64,000 bases of DNA from contig CAVRKK010000002.1 of assembly GCA_963722385.1 (NCBI GenBank), positions 992,001 to 1,056,000 on the forward strand, read 5' to 3'. Positions 1 through 9,057 of this stretch are shown piece by piece. Source of the stretch: an uncultured bacterium. GTDB taxonomy: Bacteria > Babelota > Babeliae > Babelales > Babelaceae. Positions within the stretch are counted from its first letter, which is position 1. The number at the start of each line of letters is the position of its first letter. The notes below the pieces were generated by a model, which worked only from the letters and a program-made list of their open reading frames with translations, was not told the origin of the DNA and ran no database searches. Position numbers and translations under genes: made by a program.

Positions 1-1737
1 GCTAATTATGGATCAAATGATGTAACGATATTTCAGGTAGGAGCTGGTGGCGTGTTGTCAGGAGCGACCTCGTATACATTGCCAAGCGGTTCTACGGTGC
101 CTGAATCAGTAGCGTTTTCACCAAATAGCTCTTATTTAGCCACCGCTAATTGGGGCTCAAATGATATCACCATATTCCAGGTAGGAACAGGAGGAATATT
201 AAGTGCAGCTACATCATATGCAATACCGCGTGGCTCTGGTGATCCTAATTCAGTAGCATTCTCACCTAATGGAATATATCTTGCATGCACTAATTCTGGT
301 CTTGCTCGTGGAACAGTAGCGTTATTTAATATAGAAGCTGGTGGAAAGTTAGTAAATAGCGCATCGTACGCCTTTCCAGGGAGCTATGCCTATCCTATTT
401 CACTTGCATTTTCACCAGATAGTAAATATATTGCAACTGCTAATTCTAACCCCTATATAGTAACCGTCTTTAAATGCGGGAGTTTTGAAAGTCCGCTGAG
501 GTCAGTTTCATTGCCTTACGGTTCTCAGGCACCTAATGCGCTTGCCTTCTCAAATAACGGTTTCTATTTAGCAACAGCAAACTCCCTCTCAAGCGATGTA
601 ACACTGTTTGGGATCAATAGTACAGCTACATTATTACCTGGAGTATCGTATTCGCTTCCTACGGGTTCGTCAACTCCGATGGGAATAACATTTTCATCAA
701 ATAGTAGTTACTTAGCAACGGCAAACAGTAACTCAAATGATGTAACCCTATTCCAGGTGAAAGTAGGCCAGTTAACGGCAGGAAGTTCGTATACATTACC
801 TATAGGCTCTACATTACCGGTAGCGGTAGCATTTTCTTCAAATGATGCATATTTAGCAACCGCTAACAGTAAATCAAATGATGTAACCCTTTTCAACATA
901 AATGCAGGAATTTTGCAAAATCCTCTCTCTTATTCATTAGGAAATGCAACACAACCAGTAGCGTTAACATTTACGCCTGATAATAACTTTTTGGCCACAG
1001 CAAATGCTCAATCATATGATGTTATTCTTTTTCAAGTAGTCAACGGTATATTAAAGTATAGTAGCTCAAAGCCATTACCAAAAGAATCAACGGTGCCCTC
1101 TTCTATTACTTCTTTCTTAGATAGTAAAGGAGATACAATAGTGATGACAACAAATAGTGGCTCAGATGATATTTCACTCTTTCTGATTACTGGCAATATT
1201 TTGTCAGATGGTCAATCACGCCAAATACCACAAGGAAATGCGCAGCCGAGCACGATTGCTCTCTCTCAAGATGCGTCATATATAGCAACATCAAATAGTG
1301 GCTCAAGTACTATTGCGCTCTTGGGGTTAAAGGATGGTATAGTGCATAATAGTACATCGTACTTTTTACCAAATAATTCAAGTTATTGTGTATCGATAGC
1401 ATTTTCACCAGTACTTTCAAATGCGGGAAATTCTTTGGTTGCTACAGCTAACTTGTACTCTAACGATGTATCAATTTCAGAGGTATTTGGAATAGGCGGC
1501 TCTACCGGTGATGGCGATGGAGCGGGCACAGGCGATGGAAATTCCAGCTCTACCAATATTGGTATAATAGCAGGACCAATCGTAGGCGGCATAGCCGGTA
1601 TTACTGGATTAGTAATAGTTGGTATTACTGCTTATTTTGTATGGAAGTATATTGCCCGTTATAGAGGGAGCGGTGTTGTTAATTACGATGGTAGTGGTGC
1701 TATTAATTATGGACCATCAGGGAATGAAGAGCTGTAG
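1..1737 (+). CDS. 5'-truncated beta-propeller repeat protein with C-terminal TM anchor (paralog of 54021-56303 and 58630-60903)
   Basis: Frame is open from base 1 (ANYGSNDVTIFQVGAGG...). Contains ~48-aa repeats of the form YxLPSGSxxPxSVAFSPxxxYLATANxxSNDVTxF, a GDGDG linker, a hydrophobic helix and a basic stop-transfer. Confidence 0.85.
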   Translation, partial: ANYGSNDVTIFQVGAGGVLSGATSYTLPSGSTVPESVAFSPNSSYLATANWGSNDITIFQVGTGGILSAATSYAIPRGSGDPNSVAFSPNGIYLACTNSGLARGTVALFNIEAGGKLVNSASYAFPGSYAYPISLAFSPDSKYIATANSNPYIVTVFKCGSFESPLRSVSLPYGSQAPNALAFSNNGFYLATANSLSSDVTLFGINSTATLLPGVSYSLPTGSSTPMGITFSSNSSYLATANSNSNDVTLFQVKVGQLTAGSSYTLPIGSTLPVAVAFSSNDAYLATANSKSNDVTLFNINAGILQNPLSYSLGNATQPVALTFTPDNNFLATANAQSYDVILFQVVNGILKYSSSKPLPKESTVPSSITSFLDSKGDTIVMTTNSGSDDISLFLITGNILSDGQSRQIPQGNAQPSTIALSQDASYIATSNSGSSTIALLGLKDGIVHNSTSYFLPNNSSYCVSIAFSPVLSNAGNSLVATANLYSNDVSISEVFGIGGSTGDGDGAGTGDGNSSSTNIGIIAGPIVGGIAGITGLVIVGITAYFVWKYIARYRGSGVVNYDGSGAINYGPSGNEEL

Positions 1738-1758
1738 TAGATAATCTCCAGTAATTAA

Positions 1759-1985
1759 AAAGCTTGCTTTGGGCTGATTGTATTTGAAGACCTGAACATA
1801 GCGGGAATGATTCAAAACCATAATCTAGCAAAGTCTATTGCTAATATAGGTTGGGAACAGTTTGTTCAGTTTTGTAGCTATAAGCAGCTCTGGGCAGGCT
1901 AACGCTTGAGAGATAAGAGAAAGCTTTGGCCTGCTCAAGAAGCCCAAAATACGGCGAAGCTCAACCTTTAGGTTTGGGTAGCTCA
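1759..1985 (+). mobile_element. tnpB: IS200/IS605-family remnant: tnpB RuvC fragment plus right-end hairpin
   Basis: 1774-1902 translates LIVFEDLNIAGMIQNHNLAKSIANIGWEQFVQFCSYKQLWAG*. 1956-1985 GAAGCTCAACCTTTAGGTTTGGGTAGCTCA resembles the IS605-type right end. Confidence 0.8.
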
Positions 1986-2909
1986 TGGCAGATATGTTTC
2001 TATCCAATCATAGGCGCGTGCTTGCCAATACATTTGACGAAAGTCATTGAAATTAACTCGATTTTCAATGCCACGTGATGGGGGATGAAGCGGCCCTGAT
2101 TCACGAGCGTGAAAGTCGGCTGAAATTTCTGCCAATGGTCCTGGATCTTCTCTGAGAACATGATGCAAGTTAATCGGCTTTTTGTCATGGCCTAAGGGTG
2201 CCAGGCCTACTTGAGCACGGTGCAAGTTCAGGCGACCTTCTGGGTCAACCAAGAGGAGGTCAAACAGTTCATCGCGCTGATGAATAGTGTAGCTATAAGG
2301 TGCTTCAATAGTTGCTGACCAGTTCTCCTGGTGTTGAAAAAGCGTACGGTGTGCTCGTACCTCGTCTTTGCTAACATGTTTTGTTTTTTTACGCTTATTC
2401 TTGCTTGCTTGAGTAAGCGGACTTACCACGTTTGGATCTGCTGATTCATACTGTTGCTGGTACATCCAGGTGAGGTAAGGAGTCATGCTGGTTGCTTCTT
2501 CTCTAATAGCGCGTCGAGCAGGGCTTCCTTCTGCTTGCTGGATTGCGTTCTGCAAGCGGGCTGGGTTGCGAGTAAAAATGCCTTGAAGTTCTTGTGGTCT
2601 GGCTGCTTGCCCTTCGGGCTGCGTCTTGTCGCTCGTCGGTTGCTCGGTTTCCTCATCATGCACATTTTGTCTCGATGCGCGAAGAGTTCGCAAGCCTCTT
2701 GTCAAACACGCTAAAGCCTGCGTGTGCTTGTATGGGCTTGCTGGCGCAGTTTGAGTCGGGTTAGTGCGGTCACGCAACGGTAACAATGGTGTTTCAGGCT
2801 TTCTTTTAGAAACTTTTGGCTGTGGTGTTTCTTCCATTGCCTGCAATGAAACAGGGAGCGCGCTGTATGCTAAGGCGAAGATCAGTAATATAACATTATT
2901 TTTTGCCAT
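1983..2909 (-). CDS. Exported protein with C-terminal LHH (HNH/EndoVII-fold) nuclease domain
   Basis: Signal peptide, then a low-complexity linker, then GLAPLGHDKKPINLHH...GPLAEISADFH...LH...FNDFRQMYWQARA. Confidence 0.8.
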   Translation of the reverse strand: MAKNNVILLIFALAYSALPVSLQAMEETPQPKVSKRKPETPLLPLRDRTNPTQTAPASPYKHTQALACLTRGLRTLRASRQNVHDEETEQPTSDKTQPEGQAARPQELQGIFTRNPARLQNAIQQAEGSPARRAIREEATSMTPYLTWMYQQQYESADPNVVSPLTQASKNKRKKTKHVSKDEVRAHRTLFQHQENWSATIEAPYSYTIHQRDELFDLLLVDPEGRLNLHRAQVGLAPLGHDKKPINLHHVLREDPGPLAEISADFHARESGPLHPPSRGIENRVNFNDFRQMYWQARAYDWIETYLP

Positions 2910-3155
2910 AATATCTATCAGTTTATAGGGGTGTTATAAAAAAGTGCTCTGAAAAATGGCATATTTTATCTATAAATACCATTTGTATCTATTTCATACT
3001 ATTAATAATAGGCAATTTTGATGAATAAGGCAAGTGAAAAAGGGATAATCAAAATATTTGATTCGGGTCGTGCGTTGGCGCAGCGGATCTCCGGATTGTC
3101 GAGTATTAATCTTTGATATATGCTGTATGAAATAGTTTTAACGGGGAAGAGGAAT

Positions 3156-3512
3156 ATGGATAGCTCAACAACGGTTGAAAGCCTTAAAGAGAAAGTTAAA
3201 AAGTTTATTGATGAGCGGGATTGGCAACAGTACCATACGCTCAAAAATCTAAGCATGGATATAGCGATCGAGTCATCAGAATTGATGGAGCTTTTTGTCT
3301 GGGCTCAAGGCTCAGAGTGTTTATCTATTCTTGAGAGCAAGCGACAAGAGATTGAAAACGAAGTAGCAGACATTGCATTTGCTTTGCTTGATTTTTGCAT
3401 CAGTGCCCATATTGATCTTAGTCGAGCCATGGAATATAAGATTGCTCTTAATGCCAAGAAATATCCCATCGAAAAGAGCAAGGGACGCTCGTCTAAATAT
3501 ACCGAATTATAA
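3156..3512 (+). CDS. MazG-like nucleotide pyrophosphohydrolase
   Basis: ERDWQQYHTLKNLSMDIAIESSELMELF, EVADI, KIALNAKKYP motifs; SD GAGGA upstream. Confidence 0.85.
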   Translation: MDSSTTVESLKEKVKKFIDERDWQQYHTLKNLSMDIAIESSELMELFVWAQGSECLSILESKRQEIENEVADIAFALLDFCISAHIDLSRAMEYKIALNAKKYPIEKSKGRSSKYTEL

Positions 3513-3618
3513 AATATTCAAGCGCGCCTACCGTTGTGGTTCGATCAAAACCGGATCAAGCCAAATACCGAAGTTTTCTCAATAATAGAGCTTCTTGGAA
3601 TTCATTTGGTTAACTAAA

Positions 3619-3647
3619 TTGACAATTAGAGTAAAATTTGATATAAT
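3619..3647 (+). promoter_or_regulatory. Perfect sigma70 consensus promoter upstream of the 3711 kinase gene
   Basis: TTGACA-N17-TATAAT. Confidence 0.75.
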
Positions 3648-3710
3648 AGGTAATAATATTGCGAAAATGTAATATCTGGCCAAAGGCGCATTACGGTCGA
3701 GGAGAAAAAG

Positions 3711-4451
3711 ATGAAGCTCGCTGTATCAAAAATATATCATATCGTAATAGCTCTTCATGTTGTTGGGCCTCATGTGGTTGCGCAACCTCCTAATGTTCAT
3801 GCCATAGAAAGCAGTATACCGCTTGGCGGTAGTACGGGGGCCTATCTGGTTACCATAGAAGGTGAGCGGTGGGTTGAAAAGCAAGGAGCATCGGCTCGGC
3901 ATATTGAGAACGAATTTTATACGAATAAAGCATATCGGGCTCTCGGTATCAAGGTTCCTGAGGTTTACTTGTATGATTTAGAATCACGACCTACTATGTT
4001 GAGTCAGTACATACCTGGGCAAACGCTCGCTGCTTATATGCAGCACGCAACGCGTAAAGCAAAAAATAATGTGTTTAAGAAAATTCAAAAAGGCTTTGTT
4101 GCAGATTGTTTACTTGGCAATTGGGACGTTGTCGGTTTAAATTTCGATAACATAATCATTGATGAGCACGCTGATCCTTGGCGCGTTGATAATGGCGGTG
4201 GATTATTTTACCGAGCTCAAGGAGCACTTAAAAAATCATGGGGCGGTGACGTTACCGAACTTAATACGATGCGTAATCCAAAGCTTAATTATTCAGCAGG
4301 CACGGTGTTTGAGGGCATTACGAGTGCAGAGATTAAAGAACAAGCACAAGCATTGCTCGAAAAAAAAGAGGCACTTATCCAAGTATTGCCCCTTTCATAT
4401 CGTCCTGTCATAGAAAGGCGTCTAAGTGTTTTGGCAAGTCGTTTCACTTAA
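3711..4451 (+). CDS. Exported atypical kinase (PI3/PI4-kinase or HipA-like fold)
   Basis: Signal peptide; LGGSTGA G-loop, WVEK, ENE, LLGNWDVVG..DNII, RVDNGG. Confidence 0.65.
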   Translation: MKLAVSKIYHIVIALHVVGPHVVAQPPNVHAIESSIPLGGSTGAYLVTIEGERWVEKQGASARHIENEFYTNKAYRALGIKVPEVYLYDLESRPTMLSQYIPGQTLAAYMQHATRKAKNNVFKKIQKGFVADCLLGNWDVVGLNFDNIIIDEHADPWRVDNGGGLFYRAQGALKKSWGGDVTELNTMRNPKLNYSAGTVFEGITSAEIKEQAQALLEKKEALIQVLPLSYRPVIERRLSVLASRFT

Positions 4452-4683
4452 CTTATCCCTGTTTTTCATTTTTTTTGCTTAGTGTAATTCCGCAAGCGTG
4501 CACGATAGCTTTTCAAGAGTAAGCGGTGCCAAAGATATATGGTTTGCCGAGCGTCTGTTCCGAAATTATTGTTAAGTCTTAAACTATTGATTTTGCTCAC
4601 TTGTTTATATTATAATGACAATTAGAAATATCAAAGTCTTCTAATTAAGAACACCTAATAAACCAATATAAAAGGAGAGTGTT

Positions 4684-5130
4684 ATGGAAAACAGACTGAA
4701 GAGATATGTGGCGCTTGCTCTGGTAGCCTTGACGGCGCTCAGCGGCATGACGTTGATTGACGCGCGTGGCGGTGGAGGCCATGGCGGTGGAGGCGGTCGT
4801 GGTGGCCGTGGTCATGCTATGCGTGGAGGCGGTCGTGGTGGCCGTGGTGGTCGTGGAATAGGTCGCGGTGGCCGAGGAGTCGGTCGTGGTGGTCGTGGTT
4901 TTAGAGGCCGTGGTGGTCGTGGATTCAGAGGTCGCGGATATGGCGGTTATGGCGGCTATGGAGGATATGGCGGCTATGGAGGATATGGCTGGCCTTATTG
5001 GGGATATGGCGGTTATTACGGTGATGGCTACGATGATGGCTATTATGGTGGTGGCTACTATGCGCCTAGCTACAGTACTACGTATGTAGATTCAGATGGT
5101 TATGACGATGGCGAATACGTCTATGGTTAA
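4684..5130 (+). CDS. Exported Gly-rich RGG / GY-repeat protein
   Basis: SD AGGAG; signal peptide ending IDA; then RGG repeats, GGY repeats and an acidic Tyr-rich tail. Confidence 0.75.
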   Translation: MENRLKRYVALALVALTALSGMTLIDARGGGGHGGGGGRGGRGHAMRGGGRGGRGGRGIGRGGRGVGRGGRGFRGRGGRGFRGRGYGGYGGYGGYGGYGGYGWPYWGYGGYYGDGYDDGYYGGGYYAPSYSTTYVDSDGYDDGEYVYG

Positions 5131-5204
5131 TAACCACCTCGATTAAATCTTAAAGGCATCCTGTTTTGTGCTGCGCGTCAAGAAGGTGCCTTGTGATTAA
5201 TGAG

Positions 5205-5240
5205 ACACCGTGGGCTTACGTGGCCCACGGTGTTATTTTT
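5205..5240. terminator. Intrinsic terminator between convergent genes
   Basis: 11-bp perfect stem ACACCGTGGGC/GCCCACGGTGT with a 7-nt loop, followed by a T-run. Confidence 0.7.
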
Positions 5241-5724
5241 TCATCTTGAGCAAGAGCCACTCTTTTTTATCGCCCGTACCGAGTTTTGTTTTTACGAGGG
5301 CGTAAGGTCCTTTTAGTTTTTTGCCGACGAGCATGATTTCAATATGCCCCTCCTGGTAGCACGTAAATAAGGGTTTCTCTTTTAAATTGAGGAAGGTGCC
5401 ATGATCCCAGATTTCAACGGTGCCAGCACCGTAGTTCCCGGGTGGTATGACTCCTGAAAAAGAAGCATATTCCAGGGGATGGTCTTCTGTTTCAATAGCG
5501 AGCCTTTTTTGCCCACTCAGAAGTGGCGGCTCTTTGGGAACGGCCCATGATTTAAGGACTCCTTCCATTTGCAAGCGAAAATCATAATGGAGATGCGTTG
5601 CTCTATGCTTTTGGACAACAAAAATGGCCTCGTGAGGCGAGCCTTTGGTTGTTGGCCTAGGTTCAGGCGTCCGTGCAAAATTACGCTTGCGCCGATAAGC
5701 AGTTAATTTATGAGGAGAAGCCAT
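5233..5724 (-). CDS. Stand-alone LigD 3'-phosphoesterase (PE) domain protein
   Basis: YRRKRNFARTPEP, FVVQKHRATHLHYDFRL, SWAVPK, RLAIETEDHPLEY, YGAGTVEIWD. Confidence 0.9.
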   Translation of the reverse strand: MASPHKLTAYRRKRNFARTPEPRPTTKGSPHEAIFVVQKHRATHLHYDFRLQMEGVLKSWAVPKEPPLLSGQKRLAIETEDHPLEYASFSGVIPPGNYGAGTVEIWDHGTFLNLKEKPLFTCYQEGHIEIMLVGKKLKGPYALVKTKLGTGDKKEWLLLKMKK

Positions 5725-5739
5725 ATCATAATATCCATG

Positions 5740-6459
5740 TTAGAAAATAACCGTCATGCCATCATAGGCAATTTTAACCAGAATATTGTAGGTGCGAGCA
5801 AGCGGTACTACTTTTTCTCGTATTTGCGCCGGGTTTCCACGAACAATCTCGGTACCGCAGTGGGTAATTATAGCTTTTGGTATTCCTGCTTCCTGGCACC
5901 AGGCAAGTTGTTCTTTAATTGGGGAATGACCAATACGCACCCCATCTCGCTGCCTGACGAGGAGCGTGCGTTGTATTATGGCGCCATCGCCGATATAGAG
6001 CGTAACATTCTGCAGTGCTTGTTCGCGTTTGATTATTGAAACAATATCTGGTGCGTAAAAAAAAGATTTTTCTTGGTCCGTTACTCGATAACCAACGGCT
6101 GGCGCGTGCAAAGAATGCTCGAGGGCGAATGGGGTGAATTCAAGAGTGCCAATAAAAAAAGGCTCATCGATGGTCACGAGCTTGCAGTTGAGCGGAAACC
6201 GCTTGATGCGATCAATGATGGCTTGCGTGCCATAGATGGGGCAGGGAGCGCCCTGTTTTAAGCCATCCACATGATCCGGGTGAGCGTGAGTGATGACGAT
6301 AGCAGTTGGTCGAATATCATTGACGTGGCCAAGCCAATCGGCGCCACAATCAATCATAATACGTTGAGATCTTTTTTTGATGAGTAATGAGGCATGTTGA
6401 TAGTGGAGCTTGCTTCGCGCTTTAATGCCGCCCCGTGTTCCCAAAAAAATGAGCTTCAT
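5740..6459 (-). CDS. MBL-fold metallo-hydrolase
   Basis: FLGTRG start, IDCG, THAHPDH metal motif, and downstream His motifs. Confidence 0.85.
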   Translation of the reverse strand: MKLIFLGTRGGIKARSKLHYQHASLLIKKRSQRIMIDCGADWLGHVNDIRPTAIVITHAHPDHVDGLKQGAPCPIYGTQAIIDRIKRFPLNCKLVTIDEPFFIGTLEFTPFALEHSLHAPAVGYRVTDQEKSFFYAPDIVSIIKREQALQNVTLYIGDGAIIQRTLLVRQRDGVRIGHSPIKEQLAWCQEAGIPKAIITHCGTEIVRGNPAQIREKVVPLARTYNILVKIAYDGMTVIF

Positions 6460-6578
6460 ATCGCCACTTGTTTTTTATAGTTCCCATTGTAACGCAGTAT
6501 GACTGGCTTGCAGCCACAAAAACAACAGATTATACTTGGGTCAAAGCAAAATGTGCGCTTGCCTCATGGAAGGGACTT

Positions 6579-7577
6579 ATGAAAATTTACGGTTTTATCC
6601 TCCTCATTTGTTGGTCTGTTATTACGCCGTTAGAGGCGCTTGATCAAGCTGCCAAAGCTTACTTGGATGAGTTTTTTCTTCAATACGAACGCCCCATTAC
6701 CATTTTTGAATTTTGTAAAAAATCCCCTCTTTATTATTCTAAAAAAATTGCTAAAGATAAGCGCTTTGACGCAACGGCGGTTATCGTATTTCTTGGTGAC
6801 ATAGATGCTGGCCATATGAGCCGCGTAAAGGGTACTACTAATCCTGATTTGATCATACTTCGGCCTTCGCGCGTAACCCCTCACCTGATTCAGACGCTCT
6901 CCAAATGTGAGCAGCCCGATGTCGTGTTGCTCCATAATGTTTCCAGCTTTGTCCGGCGGACTCATGGCGATTATATTCAGCACTTTTTGCTGCTTGGTGA
7001 TTATTTGGGTGTTGATATCTTGCCCGAGGATATGGCTTTGTTTGATGAAAAATATCGTACGAGCGACCTCTTGATGGCCTGTATCCCCCATGTAAATAAC
7101 CATGGTGGAGTGTTTGCTTTTTTTAAAACGAACAAGGAAGGGATTGTTGCACCTCGATGGGGCACTGCGGAAAATACGCCGAGCATGCCTATCAATTACG
7201 TCATTAAAAGCAATTTTAAGGAAAAAGCAATGTTTAAGAAAGAGCTCAGAACATGGAGTAATTGGGAAAAAGGTATAAACCTGGCAAACTATGTCATGCT
7301 TGAGGGAAAACATCCCGAAGATTATATTATCCGGCAGGCGGTTAAGCGCCTTGCAAAGCTTATAAAGCATAAATACAATAATGAGCACAATGACCTTGTT
7401 ATGAGCAATATCTTAATACAGGGCGATGAGCTTAAGCCGATGGATTTTAACGATCCGCGCCATGATATTGATCTTGATATATGTATCTGGGCTTTATTAA
7501 AAGCATTTAGTGGTGAGAGGGAAGATTTTGAAACCCCAGAATATTTTTTGGATTATTATAGGGACCGGTTAAATTAA
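6579..7577 (+). CDS. Exported protein with degenerate methyltransferase-like N-domain and C-terminal kinase-like motifs
   Basis: Signal peptide; HNDLVMSNILI...PMDFND matches a kinase catalytic loop plus DF motif. Confidence 0.5.
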   Translation: MKIYGFILLICWSVITPLEALDQAAKAYLDEFFLQYERPITIFEFCKKSPLYYSKKIAKDKRFDATAVIVFLGDIDAGHMSRVKGTTNPDLIILRPSRVTPHLIQTLSKCEQPDVVLLHNVSSFVRRTHGDYIQHFLLLGDYLGVDILPEDMALFDEKYRTSDLLMACIPHVNNHGGVFAFFKTNKEGIVAPRWGTAENTPSMPINYVIKSNFKEKAMFKKELRTWSNWEKGINLANYVMLEGKHPEDYIIRQAVKRLAKLIKHKYNNEHNDLVMSNILIQGDELKPMDFNDPRHDIDLDICIWALLKAFSGEREDFETPEYFLDYYRDRLN

Positions 7578-8983
7578 TACTGCTTAACCCAGGTAATATC
7601 GATATTTTCAAATGATGAAGCACGGTCTTTATCTAACAGCTCTCGTAATAAATTATAAAGATAAAGCGCTTGTTTTTCATGATCAGGAATCGGCAAGTGG
7701 GCTTTCGTGTGCTCTTGCAGGGCAAGGTCGTGCTTCCAGATGGTCATGGAGGCAAGGCTCCGAATTTTTTCAGCATCGGTGACTCCCTCGCGTTGGGCGA
7801 TGGTCGTTATATTCCGCTTCCATTGGATGTATTGCGTATTTTCCCAATCTTGCTGCCATTGCTTATAGGTTTGTAAAAAATCGCGCGCACCATCATTGGC
7901 AAGGTAGGTGTCGGATGCCTCAGCATTGCTTGGGTCTGTTGGCGCTCCTCGCGTGCCAAGTTCTTGCAGCTTTTGGTTAAGAGGTACCCCATGAGCGACA
8001 AGAAATCCCGCTATATATAGGGTGCGCTCAAAATCAGAAGGATGTGCGTCCTGGTGGCCCTCTGCAATGATATAATCGGAGCTTGCAAGCTCAATTAAAT
8101 GGTAAAGTAGAGTCGTAAGATTTTCTTGATTAAGAAGCGCTTTGCACGCAAAGAGGTCTGCTCGCTGTTCGGTAAACTTTAGATAATCCATTTTGACGTA
8201 ATCTGCTTGCTTGAGCGGTGGTAGCCATAGGAGAGTAGGCTTTGATAGTCTTTCATTGACCTTTTTGCCCCAGGAAGTTGAATTGTCGAATGCTTTTTTG
8301 CCCAAACAGATATAGCGGCTAATGGTTGCTCGCAGATCTTGAACCGTAGCATCATTAAGAAAGTAGTCAGGAGTTTGATGGCCCTCATCAAGCTGAACCG
8401 AATGAAAGCTATCCTGGTAGGCAACATGACAAAGCTCGTGATAGAGCGCAAAGAGCTGGTTATGCCGAGGCGCTTTTGAGCAAAGTGCAATATAATGCTT
8501 TGTTTTATCGCGTGCGTCAATATATGTCCAACTTCCCTGGTGGGGAGCTGCGGCCAGAGAGATGTCTGCAATAACGCCGGTTGCGCTTTGAGCTTGCTTG
8601 AGTAATTCACGATGCTCTGTGCTTGGAAGGTTGAAGCTTTCCTTTTCTAGGAACTGATAAAGGCGTACCGCTGCTTGCACCTGGGTGAGCCATGCATGAT
8701 CTATCTGAGCAAGATTCTCTGCAGATGCTTGCCCAAGTGAGGTTCGAATAAAGTTATATCCGTGAAGAAAATTCTCGTTGTCCTCGTTTGTGAGCGCACT
8801 TTTCATGGTATCAAAGACAAGGTGGAGCCTGCCCGCATATTTTTCTAGGCGATGGTTGTCCCATTGTTTATGGATGTCTGCAAGCCAGTCGGTAGAGCTC
8901 AGTGCTTTGTCATGGGATGACGGGGACGAGCAGCCAAAAAAAGCAGCAGCAAGGAGAAGAAAAATTTTACCGAAGAGCTCCAT
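7574..8983 (-). CDS. Lipoprotein with M48-like zinc metallopeptidase motifs
   Basis: Lipobox FFGC; HELCH, EQRAD, HPSDFER. Confidence 0.65.
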   Translation of the reverse strand: MELFGKIFLLLAAAFFGCSSPSSHDKALSSTDWLADIHKQWDNHRLEKYAGRLHLVFDTMKSALTNEDNENFLHGYNFIRTSLGQASAENLAQIDHAWLTQVQAAVRLYQFLEKESFNLPSTEHRELLKQAQSATGVIADISLAAAPHQGSWTYIDARDKTKHYIALCSKAPRHNQLFALYHELCHVAYQDSFHSVQLDEGHQTPDYFLNDATVQDLRATISRYICLGKKAFDNSTSWGKKVNERLSKPTLLWLPPLKQADYVKMDYLKFTEQRADLFACKALLNQENLTTLLYHLIELASSDYIIAEGHQDAHPSDFERTLYIAGFLVAHGVPLNQKLQELGTRGAPTDPSNAEASDTYLANDGARDFLQTYKQWQQDWENTQYIQWKRNITTIAQREGVTDAEKIRSLASMTIWKHDLALQEHTKAHLPIPDHEKQALYLYNLLRELLDKDRASSFENIDITWVKQY

Positions 8984-9057
8984 AATCAATCCTTTCTTAT
9001 GATAGCAAGTCTAGCAATAAAAAGCTCTATCTGGCAATAAAAAATAGTTTTTTAGCT

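Noticed and set aside
3520..3570. GGTTCGATC T-loop-like sequence
   Set aside because: No cloverleaf or acceptor stem.
6630..7388. 252-aa antisense ORF (similarly 34160-34945)
   Set aside because: Opposite-strand shadows of better-supported genes, with no motifs.
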